Positions 33,835 through 40,000 of a stretch of 40,000 nucleotides of DNA are shown piece by piece. The DNA is from Veillonella sp. VA137 (lineage in GTDB: Bacteria; Bacillota; Negativicutes; Veillonellales; Veillonellaceae): positions 24,093 through 64,092 of the forward strand of contig NZ_RQVK01000005.1 of assembly GCF_003992015.1 (NCBI RefSeq). The letters are read 5' to 3'. The position numbers and the translations under genes are program-made. The stretch's first letter is position 1, and every line of letters starts with the position of its first letter. Below the pieces are notes generated by a model. It did not search any database. It saw only the letters and a list, made by a program, of their open reading frames with translations, and was not told the origin of the DNA.

Positions 33835-34897
33835 GCATATGACGGCTGACAAAATTGAACAGCGCATGCTTGGTAGGGTCAATCATGCATTCGATAGGCG
33901 TGAGGGGTCAATCATTTATGATGCAACAGCTCCCGCATCTATCGAATTATCTGAACTCTATATTATGGCCGATGTGATTTTAAAAGAAACATTCGCCAAA
34001 ACGGCGAGCCGTGAGTTCTTGAAATTACGAGCCTCGGAGTTCAATATATACCCAGAAGAAGCGACTTTCGCAGAGGTAGAGGGTAAATTCAATGCCCCAG
34101 TCCCTTTAGGAAGTCGTTTTAATTTTGAAGAATACAATTTTATCGTTGATGAAGTGATTGATGATGCCAACCATAGGTATAAAATGCGCTGTGAGACACG
34201 TGGACGTGGGGCCAATGGATGCATTGGATATATCACACCTGTAGTTCCTGTAAACGGCCTTACAAGCGCTGAAATCGTAAAAATCATAACTCCAGGTGAA
34301 GATGAAGAAGACACAGAAGTGTTCCGCAAGAGATACTTTGAGATGTTGAAATCTAAAGCCTATGGCGGTAATGGTGCTGATTACAAGGAAAAGGTGCTTG
34401 CCATTCCAGGTGTTGGCGGTGTGAAAGTGTATCGTTGTTGGAATGGCGGTGGTACCGTCAAACTTGTCGTTACCAACAGCGAGCACGGTGTAGCAGATTC
34501 TGAACTTATTAAAATGGTTCAAAATAAAATCGACCCAGTGCCACAAGGTAAGGGTTACGGGATTGCTCCAATTGGTCATACTGTAACCGTAGTCAGTGCA
34601 GAGCCATCACCGCTTACAATTACAGCAAGAGTGACGTTGAGCGGTGGAAGAACACCCCAAGACTTACAACCAATCGCAACCAAGGCGATAGAATCCTATT
34701 TACTAGGTATTCGCAAAGGATGGGGAGAGAATGACGATAGAGGTCGTGACACTGTAAGGACCGCTTACATTGTTGCTGAAATCTTAAAACTTCCGAATGT
34801 TATTGATGTTGATTCCGTCACAATCAACGGTAGAAGTGATAAGGTGCTACTTGAGGCACATCAAATTCCTACCGTTGGTCGATTAACATTAACATAG
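33827..34897 (+). CDS. baseplate J-like protein (XkdT-like)
   Basis: 356 aa. Order and size fit. ..REGSIIYDATAPASIEL.. at the N-terminus. Confidence 0.75.
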   Translation: MYEHMTADKIEQRMLGRVNHAFDRREGSIIYDATAPASIELSELYIMADVILKETFAKTASREFLKLRASEFNIYPEEATFAEVEGKFNAPVPLGSRFNFEEYNFIVDEVIDDANHRYKMRCETRGRGANGCIGYITPVVPVNGLTSAEIVKIITPGEDEEDTEVFRKRYFEMLKSKAYGGNGADYKEKVLAIPGVGGVKVYRCWNGGGTVKLVVTNSEHGVADSELIKMVQNKIDPVPQGKGYGIAPIGHTVTVVSAEPSPLTITARVTLSGGRTPQDLQPIATKAIESYLLGIRKGWGENDDRGRDTVRTAYIVAEILKLPNVIDVDSVTINGRSDKVLLEAHQIPTVGRLTLT

Positions 34898-35527
34898 GTG
34901 GTAAATATGGAATATAGACGTAACGACATTGATATATCACAATTCCTACCACCTGTTAGCCGTGATAGTCGGGATATCCAAGAAATCATGCGTGTAGAGA
35001 ATCCCGAGTTCATACTTTTATGGGGAATTATGGCTGATTTACTTGATAATCAGTTCATTCCTACCATGGGTGAACTTGGATTGTCACATTGGGAATGGAT
35101 ATTTGACGTATTACCCCAAGACACTGACACCATTGAAGATAGACGTAATCGGATATTACGACTATTAGCTGGTACTAGACCTTACACCGTGGAGAAACTT
35201 CAAGAAATGCTTGATGCCACGTTTGGTCGTGGTGCTGTTGGTGTGGATTTGAACGAAAATCTATATGAAATTTGGTTTGTTTTGAGTAAAGAAATGCGTG
35301 AACGATCAAGTGAAGTTATTAACTACGCTGAGCCAATTGTTCCTAAGAACTTACTGCTCAAAACCCTTGTTGAAGAGAAGGTTCAAACAAAATCTAACTT
35401 TGGTGGGGGGTTATTCTTAGTTGATAAGGAGATCACGATTCTTAAACCTAGAAATTATGATATTTCAACTACCATTTATAACGGTGGAGCCCTTGCAAGC
35501 ACCACTATTGAAATTACAAGGAGGTAA
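34898..35527 (+). CDS. XkdU/YmfQ-like (DUF2313) tail protein
   Basis: ..LDNQFIPTMGELGLSHWEWIFDV..RRNRILRLLAG... Start is GTG 34898 or ATG 34907. Confidence 0.65.
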   Translation: MVNMEYRRNDIDISQFLPPVSRDSRDIQEIMRVENPEFILLWGIMADLLDNQFIPTMGELGLSHWEWIFDVLPQDTDTIEDRRNRILRLLAGTRPYTVEKLQEMLDATFGRGAVGVDLNENLYEIWFVLSKEMRERSSEVINYAEPIVPKNLLLKTLVEEKVQTKSNFGGGLFLVDKEITILKPRNYDISTTIYNGGALASTTIEITRR

Positions 35528-35530
35528 CAG

Positions 35531-36802
35531 ATGGCGTGGAGTCAAGCCTATCTAACAGATGTTGGCAAGCAATTACAAGCATCCGTTATGGCGAACGAAT
35601 TAAAATTACATATTGAAGAAATTTGGCTAGGGGATGGCAATGTAACTAACGTGGAAACAGCCAACAACCTAGGCTCAAAGAAATTGAAATTACAGATTGC
35701 TGGAATCACGCAAGATAATACCGAATGCTTAGTTCGGTTCAGAATCTCAAACGAATCTATTCAAACGCCTATTGTCATGCGTGAGATTGGCTTTTACGCT
35801 AGAGATAAACGAGGTCAATTAATACTTTACTCAATAATGAAAGATGAAGACCCATCCACATTGCCAGTGATGAATGGTCAGGCTATTTATCGCCAAAATA
35901 TGAATGTGGCGTTTGGGTTCAGCAATGCTCAACAAGTGACATGTAATGTGACGTTACATGAAGGTTTGAACGAGCAACAAGTAGATGCGAAGATTACAGC
36001 TCACAATGCAAATGACACTGCCCACAATTTAGATAGATATGCTGGTGGTTCCACCATTCCAAGTAATATCCGTAACTGGAATGATTTAACGAAACCAGGA
36101 ATCTATGAATGCAACGCAGGAGTGCTAGGATGGGCGAATGCCCCAAGCTCCAGTAAAATCTATCCATACGGGCAAATTCATGTGACTAAAACCGATGGAA
36201 ACGTCATCACGCAAACGTTTTATTCTCACGGACAAGGAAAAGCAATAAAACAAGCCAGCCGTACGTTCTATGTTGCTTGGGGTGCATGGCAATACTTTGG
36301 AGATTGGGACAATACGATTACAGGTATTGCCAAACATAACGAGGGCATTAATGTGACTAAAGGCGATGCAACGGAACTTGTTAAGTTAATCACTAACAAC
36401 AAGTCCGACTCTAACACCTTGTTAGCGCCTACATTGGCTGTAGTTAAGGCGCTTATTGGTGATGTGAATATTGATGTAACGAGTATCTTAAAATCCCAAG
36501 GAGTTCGTTACGATTTTAGTAACGAAAATGCTTGGTACATATGCTTAGGGTCCTCGTTCGGCGGCCTAATTATCCAAGGGGGAAAATTCATTCCTGAAAC
36601 TGCAAATATTACGTATTCCATTAGATTCACTAAAGTATTGGCAGTACTCCCCATGATGTTAGATGAGCCAACGGCATGGCACGAAATGATGGTGCGGCCA
36701 AAGTCTATCACAACAAGCAATTTTAAGATCGTAAGCGGAAGCAACAACACTAATTACCCTAAATCTCGCAATAATGGTTGCTGGATTGCGATAGGAATTT
36801 AA
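35531..36802 (+). CDS. tail fibre protein (DUF3751-type N-terminal collar domain), currently expressed C-terminal variant
   Basis: The N-terminus resembles P2 gpH/Mu S-type collar domains (..IEEIWLGDGN.., ..MREIGFYA..G.LILYS.., ..VDAKITAHNANDTAHN). It is the last gene of the baseplate cluster. Confidence 0.8.
   Translation: MAWSQAYLTDVGKQLQASVMANELKLHIEEIWLGDGNVTNVETANNLGSKKLKLQIAGITQDNTECLVRFRISNESIQTPIVMREIGFYARDKRGQLILYSIMKDEDPSTLPVMNGQAIYRQNMNVAFGFSNAQQVTCNVTLHEGLNEQQVDAKITAHNANDTAHNLDRYAGGSTIPSNIRNWNDLTKPGIYECNAGVLGWANAPSSSKIYPYGQIHVTKTDGNVITQTFYSHGQGKAIKQASRTFYVAWGAWQYFGDWDNTITGIAKHNEGINVTKGDATELVKLITNNKSDSNTLLAPTLAVVKALIGDVNIDVTSILKSQGVRYDFSNENAWYICLGSSFGGLIIQGGKFIPETANITYSIRFTKVLAVLPMMLDEPTAWHEMMVRPKSITTSNFKIVSGSNNTNYPKSRNNGCWIAIGI
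36574..36586 (+). repeat. left inverted repeat CCAAGGGGGAAAA (candidate recombination core) inside the tail-fibre gene
   Basis: Exact 13-mer. Read as at(C) CAA GGG GGA AAA, giving I-Q-G-G-K. Confidence 0.9.
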
Positions 36803-36987
36803 CTTCCGTAAGCTAGCCATGTAGTTAGATAATTTCTATTGTCGTGGGAATAAAGTTTAAAATTACGCAATGTTACATCTTTGTAACTTGGAGCATTTAC
36901 ACCCCAACCTTTAGTTGCTTGGATACCTAAAACTTTCCGCTGGAATGCAATAGGGAAAGCTACTAAGTCGTCATTTGTTTCAGTTCG
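36587..36987. other. candidate invertible DNA segment (401 bp)
   Basis: Bounded by the two 13-bp inverted repeats. Contains the expressed 3' end (36587-36802) and the silent cassette (36799-36987), tail to tail. Confidence 0.65.
36799..36987 (-). other. silent, start-less alternative tail-fibre C-terminal cassette (62 codons)
   Basis: The minus-strand frame reads RTETNDDLVAFPIAFQRKVLGIQATKGWGVNAPSYKDVTLRNFKLYSHDNRNYLTTWLAYGS*. No start codon lies between the upstream TAG and the cassette. It shares ET, I.F..KVL, NFK(I/L) and W(I/L)A.G with the expressed C-terminus. Confidence 0.7.
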
Positions 36988-37000
36988 TTTTCCCCCTTGG
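36988..37000 (-). repeat. right inverted repeat (reverse complement of CCAAGGGGGAAAA)
   Basis: ttttcccccttgg on the plus strand. On the minus strand it is read ga(C) CAA GGG GGA AAA, giving D-Q-G-G-K. It abuts the recombinase stop codon (37001-37003). Confidence 0.9.
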
Positions 37001-37927
37001 TCATTTAAGCAATTTGATTGCCTTACGCAATTGACCTAATGATTTATGGGTGTACACTCCATCGGTAACATTGCCACTAGCATGCCCAAGCAGTAATCGC
37101 TTCGCATTGTAATTAGCGCCCTCGTTATCAAGGCGTGTAGCGAAGGTGTGGCGACAGTCATGGGTGGTGTGTTTGGAATTAATGGCACGCATTACCTTAT
37201 TAAACTCACGGCTAAGTGATGAATAGGTGCGACATTCCTGAATGATGTATACCGCATCAAGCCGTCTTTCAATAATGGGCCATATGCGATCATGAATAGG
37301 AATTGTTCGGATTCCTGATTTAGTTTTGGCCGATGTGATCCTAATCGTGCGCTGTTTACGGTTAACATCACGAGATTTGAGGTTGATTAATTCCGAGGCC
37401 CTCATTCCCGTGTAAAGCAGAATCAGGGGAATATCATGCAATGGGGATTCTAACCGCCATAATCGGTTGATGGATTGGGTGGTGAATGGTTTGTGTGGTC
37501 GCACTGGCTTATTGTGGCCAAGGTTTAGGAATTTGGCATAATTAGTGGAGCACCAACCGTTAATTATGGAGTAGTCAAAAATCTGACTAATGAGTGTGCG
37601 GACCTTCTTGCAAGAACTGTAAGATAGCCCAACACTTAGCATGTAATCAATTATGGCTTGCAGTTGTAAGTATGTGATGTCGCTCATTGCTACATTGTGA
37701 ATGCTAACAAGGTGTGAGAATGCTGAACCGTAGTTATTTAGAGTGTTAACGCTAACACTCTTAGAATGCGACGGTAGCCACATTTCGTAGACTTGCTGGA
37801 GTGTTAAGGATGTACGAGATTGGTTAAGTGCATTAACCGCTTCATCGTAGGTTGCGAAATAGCCAACCACAGAATAAACAACATAAGGGCGCTTGGTTGC
37901 GCCCTTTATCTTTTGAATTAATTTCAT
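37001..37927 (-). CDS. tyrosine recombinase (phage-integrase family), candidate tail-fibre invertase
   Basis: TGMRASEL (Arg), HDCRHTFAT (HxxR), LLGHAS, GVYTHKS (Tyr). Lies immediately adjacent to the inverted-repeat-bounded segment. Confidence 0.85.
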   Translation of the reverse strand: MKLIQKIKGATKRPYVVYSVVGYFATYDEAVNALNQSRTSLTLQQVYEMWLPSHSKSVSVNTLNNYGSAFSHLVSIHNVAMSDITYLQLQAIIDYMLSVGLSYSSCKKVRTLISQIFDYSIINGWCSTNYAKFLNLGHNKPVRPHKPFTTQSINRLWRLESPLHDIPLILLYTGMRASELINLKSRDVNRKQRTIRITSAKTKSGIRTIPIHDRIWPIIERRLDAVYIIQECRTYSSLSREFNKVMRAINSKHTTHDCRHTFATRLDNEGANYNAKRLLLGHASGNVTDGVYTHKSLGQLRKAIKLLK

Positions 37928-37959
37928 TTTGATTACCTCGCTGAAAGGAGAATAAAGAA

Positions 37960-38358
37960 ATGGAAAATAAGTACGTATTTATTTTAAATGAAAAGGGAGC
38001 TCGTGTAACATCCCTGTTAGTAGGCGTGCATGCTGAATCAGAAGAGTCATGCCTTGAACTTGCCAAGAAAGAGTACCCTGATCATAAGTATGTGGCAGGT
38101 GGAGATGAAATGCAAGCGCAATTCATTGCTTACAAATGCTACGTCAATGGGGAGTTCATTGACTACGTTCCTGAGGTTGTCGAGCCATCTAAAAAGGACA
38201 AAATTGAAGCCTTGAAGAAAGAGGCGGAGACAGAGCGCGATAAGTTAAAAGAAGTCTTCTTGACTAAACAAATGAAAGGCTTGCCTACTGACGATATTAA
38301 GGCACAGTTTAAACAAATTGATGTTGACCTTATTAAGAAGATTCGTGAGTTGAAATAG
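37960..38358 (+). CDS. hypothetical protein (weak resemblance to tail-fibre assembly chaperones)
   Basis: SD aaaggag upstream. The C-terminal charged helical region reads ..KQMKGLPTDDIKAQFKQIDVDLIKKI... The functional call is weak. Confidence 0.55.
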   Translation: MENKYVFILNEKGARVTSLLVGVHAESEESCLELAKKEYPDHKYVAGGDEMQAQFIAYKCYVNGEFIDYVPEVVEPSKKDKIEALKKEAETERDKLKEVFLTKQMKGLPTDDIKAQFKQIDVDLIKKIRELK

Positions 38359-38370
38359 GAGGGATTTCCG

Positions 38371-38535
38371 ATGAAAGAACAATATTGCGAATGGTGCGGT
38401 TCGGTGCTGTTAGAGAACGGTCGTTGCCCGATTGAAGATTGTGTACAAAATGTCTTGATCGATGAACTAGCAAAGGCTGAACAAGAGGCAACGGATAAAA
38501 CAGAGGAAAAGAAAGATGAAAATCCAACAGCATGA
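38371..38535 (+). CDS. small zinc-ribbon-like protein (54 aa)
   Basis: MKEQYCEWCGSVLLENGRCPIEDC.. (CxxC..CxxxxC). SD taggaggg upstream. Below the ORF-track cutoff. Confidence 0.5.
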   Translation: MKEQYCEWCGSVLLENGRCPIEDCVQNVLIDELAKAEQEATDKTEEKKDENPTA

Positions 38536-38881
38536 TTTCGTGAAGGAGCAGGGCGTGCCTTGCTCCTTCGTTGTGGAGTACAACAGGGATGTACAAGCAG
38601 ATGACCTATTCGCCGTGGTACGTGTGAATGCAAGTGACGAGGAATACGTGGCAAGATTTGACGTCGTTAAAATAGAGAATGTCGATGAAGATGCAGTATC
38701 TACATTCAAACTAACTCTTGATAGCGACATTCCTCAAGGTCGATATGTCTATGATGTCTTTGTTTACGATGCAAATAACAAGCCAAAGGCAAAAATTTTA
38801 AAAGGTCACATCCTAGTCAAGGCGAGCATCTCAGATAGGGGGCGAAAACATGGGCGAGACAGTGGTAATACGAACGTATGA
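38516..38881 (+). CDS. hypothetical beta-rich protein
   Basis: Clean ORF overlapping the previous stop. ..GRYVYDVFVYDANNKPKAKILKGHILVKASI.. suggests an Ig-like or beta-sandwich fold (inference). Confidence 0.5.
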   Translation: MKIQQHDFVKEQGVPCSFVVEYNRDVQADDLFAVVRVNASDEEYVARFDVVKIENVDEDAVSTFKLTLDSDIPQGRYVYDVFVYDANNKPKAKILKGHILVKASISDRGRKHGRDSGNTNV

Positions 38882-39023
38882 AGATGATGAAGGCATTGTA
38901 GACGTTGTAAAAGTAAAAGAATTAACCATGTGTGCGCATGAGGATCAAAACCAATCGACAACAAAAGCCATTATCGAGGATAGAGATTTCTTAGCATTAT
39001 ATATTTTAGAACGAGGTAATTAA
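38850..39023 (+). CDS. small hypothetical protein (57 aa)
   Basis: MGETVVIRTYEDDEGIVDVVKV.. with SD ataggggg upstream. Ends 1 nt before the next ATG. Confidence 0.4.
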   Translation: MGETVVIRTYEDDEGIVDVVKVKELTMCAHEDQNQSTTKAIIEDRDFLALYILERGN

Positions 39024-39024
39024 G

Positions 39025-39405
39025 ATGAAATTAGTTGAAAGAATCACCTTAGTGGTGAAAGAAATTGGGAAAGACATTAAGGCGTTGAAAAGCCGTGTAT
39101 TGACGTTGGAGAGCAATGCAGGAAATGGTGCAGTTGATGAATCCGTGATTACAAATAAGGTGAGTGAAGAAATCGCCAAAGTAGTGGGTGGTGCTCCTGA
39201 GACGTTCAATACTCTAAAAGAGATTGCTGACTATATAGAGCAGGATAAAACAGGTGCGTCTGCAATGGCAGAAAGTATTAACAAGCGATTGCGAGTTGAT
39301 GAACAGCAAACATTATCTGAGCAAGAGCAAGCAAACGTATTAGGAGCATTAGGGTTTACTGATACGGATTTTGTAACAGCATACAACACAGCGGTGAATG
39401 GCTAG
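39025..39405 (+). CDS. tail-fibre-like protein (GAPETxxTLKEIAD motif)
   Basis: ..VVGGAPETFNTLKEIADYIEQDK.. is a motif common in phage fibre proteins. The coiled N-terminus IGKDIKALKSRV is shared with the next ORF. Confidence 0.6.
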   Translation: MKLVERITLVVKEIGKDIKALKSRVLTLESNAGNGAVDESVITNKVSEEIAKVVGGAPETFNTLKEIADYIEQDKTGASAMAESINKRLRVDEQQTLSEQEQANVLGALGFTDTDFVTAYNTAVNG

Positions 39406-39415
39406 GAGGGAAAAG

Positions 39416-40000
39416 ATGGGAATTATCGAAGATATTAAACAACTAGCAACAACAATCGGCGAAGATGTTAAAGCATTAAGGGATGAAAAGGCTAGCAAGG
39501 CGGATATTGACAAAGCATTAGTTTTGCTAGACGGGCTCACTGGTGTAATCCGTAAATCACAAGTTAATGAGGAATTTAAAAATTCTTTATTGTCAAGAGC
39601 AATTGTGAAAGCCCTCGGAGACAAACAAACGATTCCATTTAAAGAAGTCAATGAATCGAACTTCCAATTATTTGTTGACTTTATCAAGAATAATGTGAGT
39701 ATAGTCAATCCGACTACAGAATTTAAGGGAAGAGTATTTGCAGTACTAAAAGACGGGAATACCACAGTAACGATTAAACTAGATGATTCTTCAATCAAAA
39801 GTGGGTACAAAATGAAAGTTGTCTACACCAAAGGCAACGAAATAACAGAAGTAATTACAAACAGTGAATTTACTGTAGTTGACCCAGTTGAGTGTAAGTA
39901 TCTAGTATTCAAAGATACTGATGTAATAGATGTTGAATATTTTACTGTGTATTTAAAAGAACTTGAAAAGCACGATAATGTGACGGTGGAGATGACAGAG
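39416..40000 (+). CDS. hypothetical structural (fibre-associated?) protein, 3' end outside window
   Basis: ATG 39416 follows taggaggg. The frame is open to the window end (MGIIEDIKQLATTIGEDVKALRDEK..). It is absent from the ORF track because there is no stop in the window. The 39349-39810 minus ORF is its shadow. Confidence 0.6.
   Translation, partial: MGIIEDIKQLATTIGEDVKALRDEKASKADIDKALVLLDGLTGVIRKSQVNEEFKNSLLSRAIVKALGDKQTIPFKEVNESNFQLFVDFIKNNVSIVNPTTEFKGRVFAVLKDGNTTVTIKLDDSSIKSGYKMKVVYTKGNEITEVITNSEFTVVDPVECKYLVFKDTDVIDVEYFTVYLKELEKHDNVTVEMTE

Larger units (their letters stand above)
2095..40000. mobile_element. temperate prophage (PBSX/SPP1-mosaic myovirus type), left end near 2.1 kb, right end beyond window
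   Basis: Contiguous integrase, immunity, early, replication, packaging, head and contractile-tail modules. It starts directly after a chromosomal nar operon. Confidence 0.9.

Noticed and set aside
34106-34579. 157-aa and 123-aa minus-strand ORFs inside the baseplate J gene.
   Set aside because: They are antisense to a well-supported baseplate J-like gene.
35531-37000. A diversity-generating retroelement acting on the tail fibre.
   Set aside because: There is no reverse transcriptase gene. There is no template/variable direct repeat pair with adenine-specific differences. The repeats present are short, inverted and perfect.
37001-37927. The second tyrosine recombinase read as the integrase of a separate integrated element or satellite.
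   Set aside because: - No repressor or excisionase module accompanies it.
- I see no direct repeats bounding an insert.
- Its 3' end abuts an inverted repeat that is in frame with a silent fibre cassette, which fits an invertase role better.

The alternative is not formally excluded without the sequence beyond 40 kb.
38163-38730. Minus-strand ORFs 38163-38654, 38333-38596 and 38467-38730.
   Set aside because: They overlap one another and lie antisense to a compact plus-strand operon with good RBSs. Their composition is Ser-rich shadow type.
39349-39810. 153-aa minus-strand ORF.
   Set aside because: It is the shadow of the plus-strand frame that is open from ATG 39416 to the window end. That plus frame has an RBS and an N-terminal motif shared with the preceding fibre-like gene.

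Overview
The window starts with the 3' end of a respiratory nitrate reductase operon (narH C-terminus, narJ, narI; 1-1793). A hairpin-rich junction follows. From about 2.1 kb to the window end lies one large temperate prophage of a low-GC Firmicutes or Negativicutes-type host; the host assignment is inference only. The right prophage end is not in the window.

Prophage layout, left to right:
- Integrase (minus strand).
- ImmA-like metalloprotease and ImmR/cI-like repressor (minus strand), divergent from a Cro-like gene across an operator-rich promoter region.
- A long plus-strand early operon of small ORFs. It includes a 5-member paralogous family, several HTH proteins and a TM-LysM protein.
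- One AT-rich reverse-oriented moron (8218-9087).
- Recombination and replication genes: YqaJ exonuclease, RecT, DUF4373/DnaD organiser with candidate ori iterons, DnaC-like loader, DUF3310, RusA-like resolvase and SSB.
- A DUF1492/RinA-like late activator followed by a terminator.
- The late operon: DUF1540-like protein, ParB-DUF4417, two proteins starting MGGRGAS that flank a tRNA-like RNA, terminase large subunit with a TerS-like N-terminal extension, SPP1-type portal, MuF/gp7, scaffold, capsid and connectors.
- A PBSX-like contractile tail module: sheath, tube, chaperone with an A_AAA_AAC -1 frameshift, tape measure, XkdP/Q/R/S/T/U-like baseplate proteins and a DUF3751-type tail fibre.

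The most interesting signal is at 36.57-37.93 kb. A perfect 13-bp inverted repeat is read in the same codon phase (QGGK) on both strands. It brackets the 3' end of the tail-fibre gene and a start-less, oppositely oriented, homologous alternative C-terminal cassette. A tyrosine recombinase gene ends 1 nt from the right repeat. I interpret this as a Mu-G/P1-C-like host-range inversion switch driven by an integrase-family (Rci-like) recombinase rather than a serine invertase.

All functional calls come from reading motifs in the translations. No database search was run.
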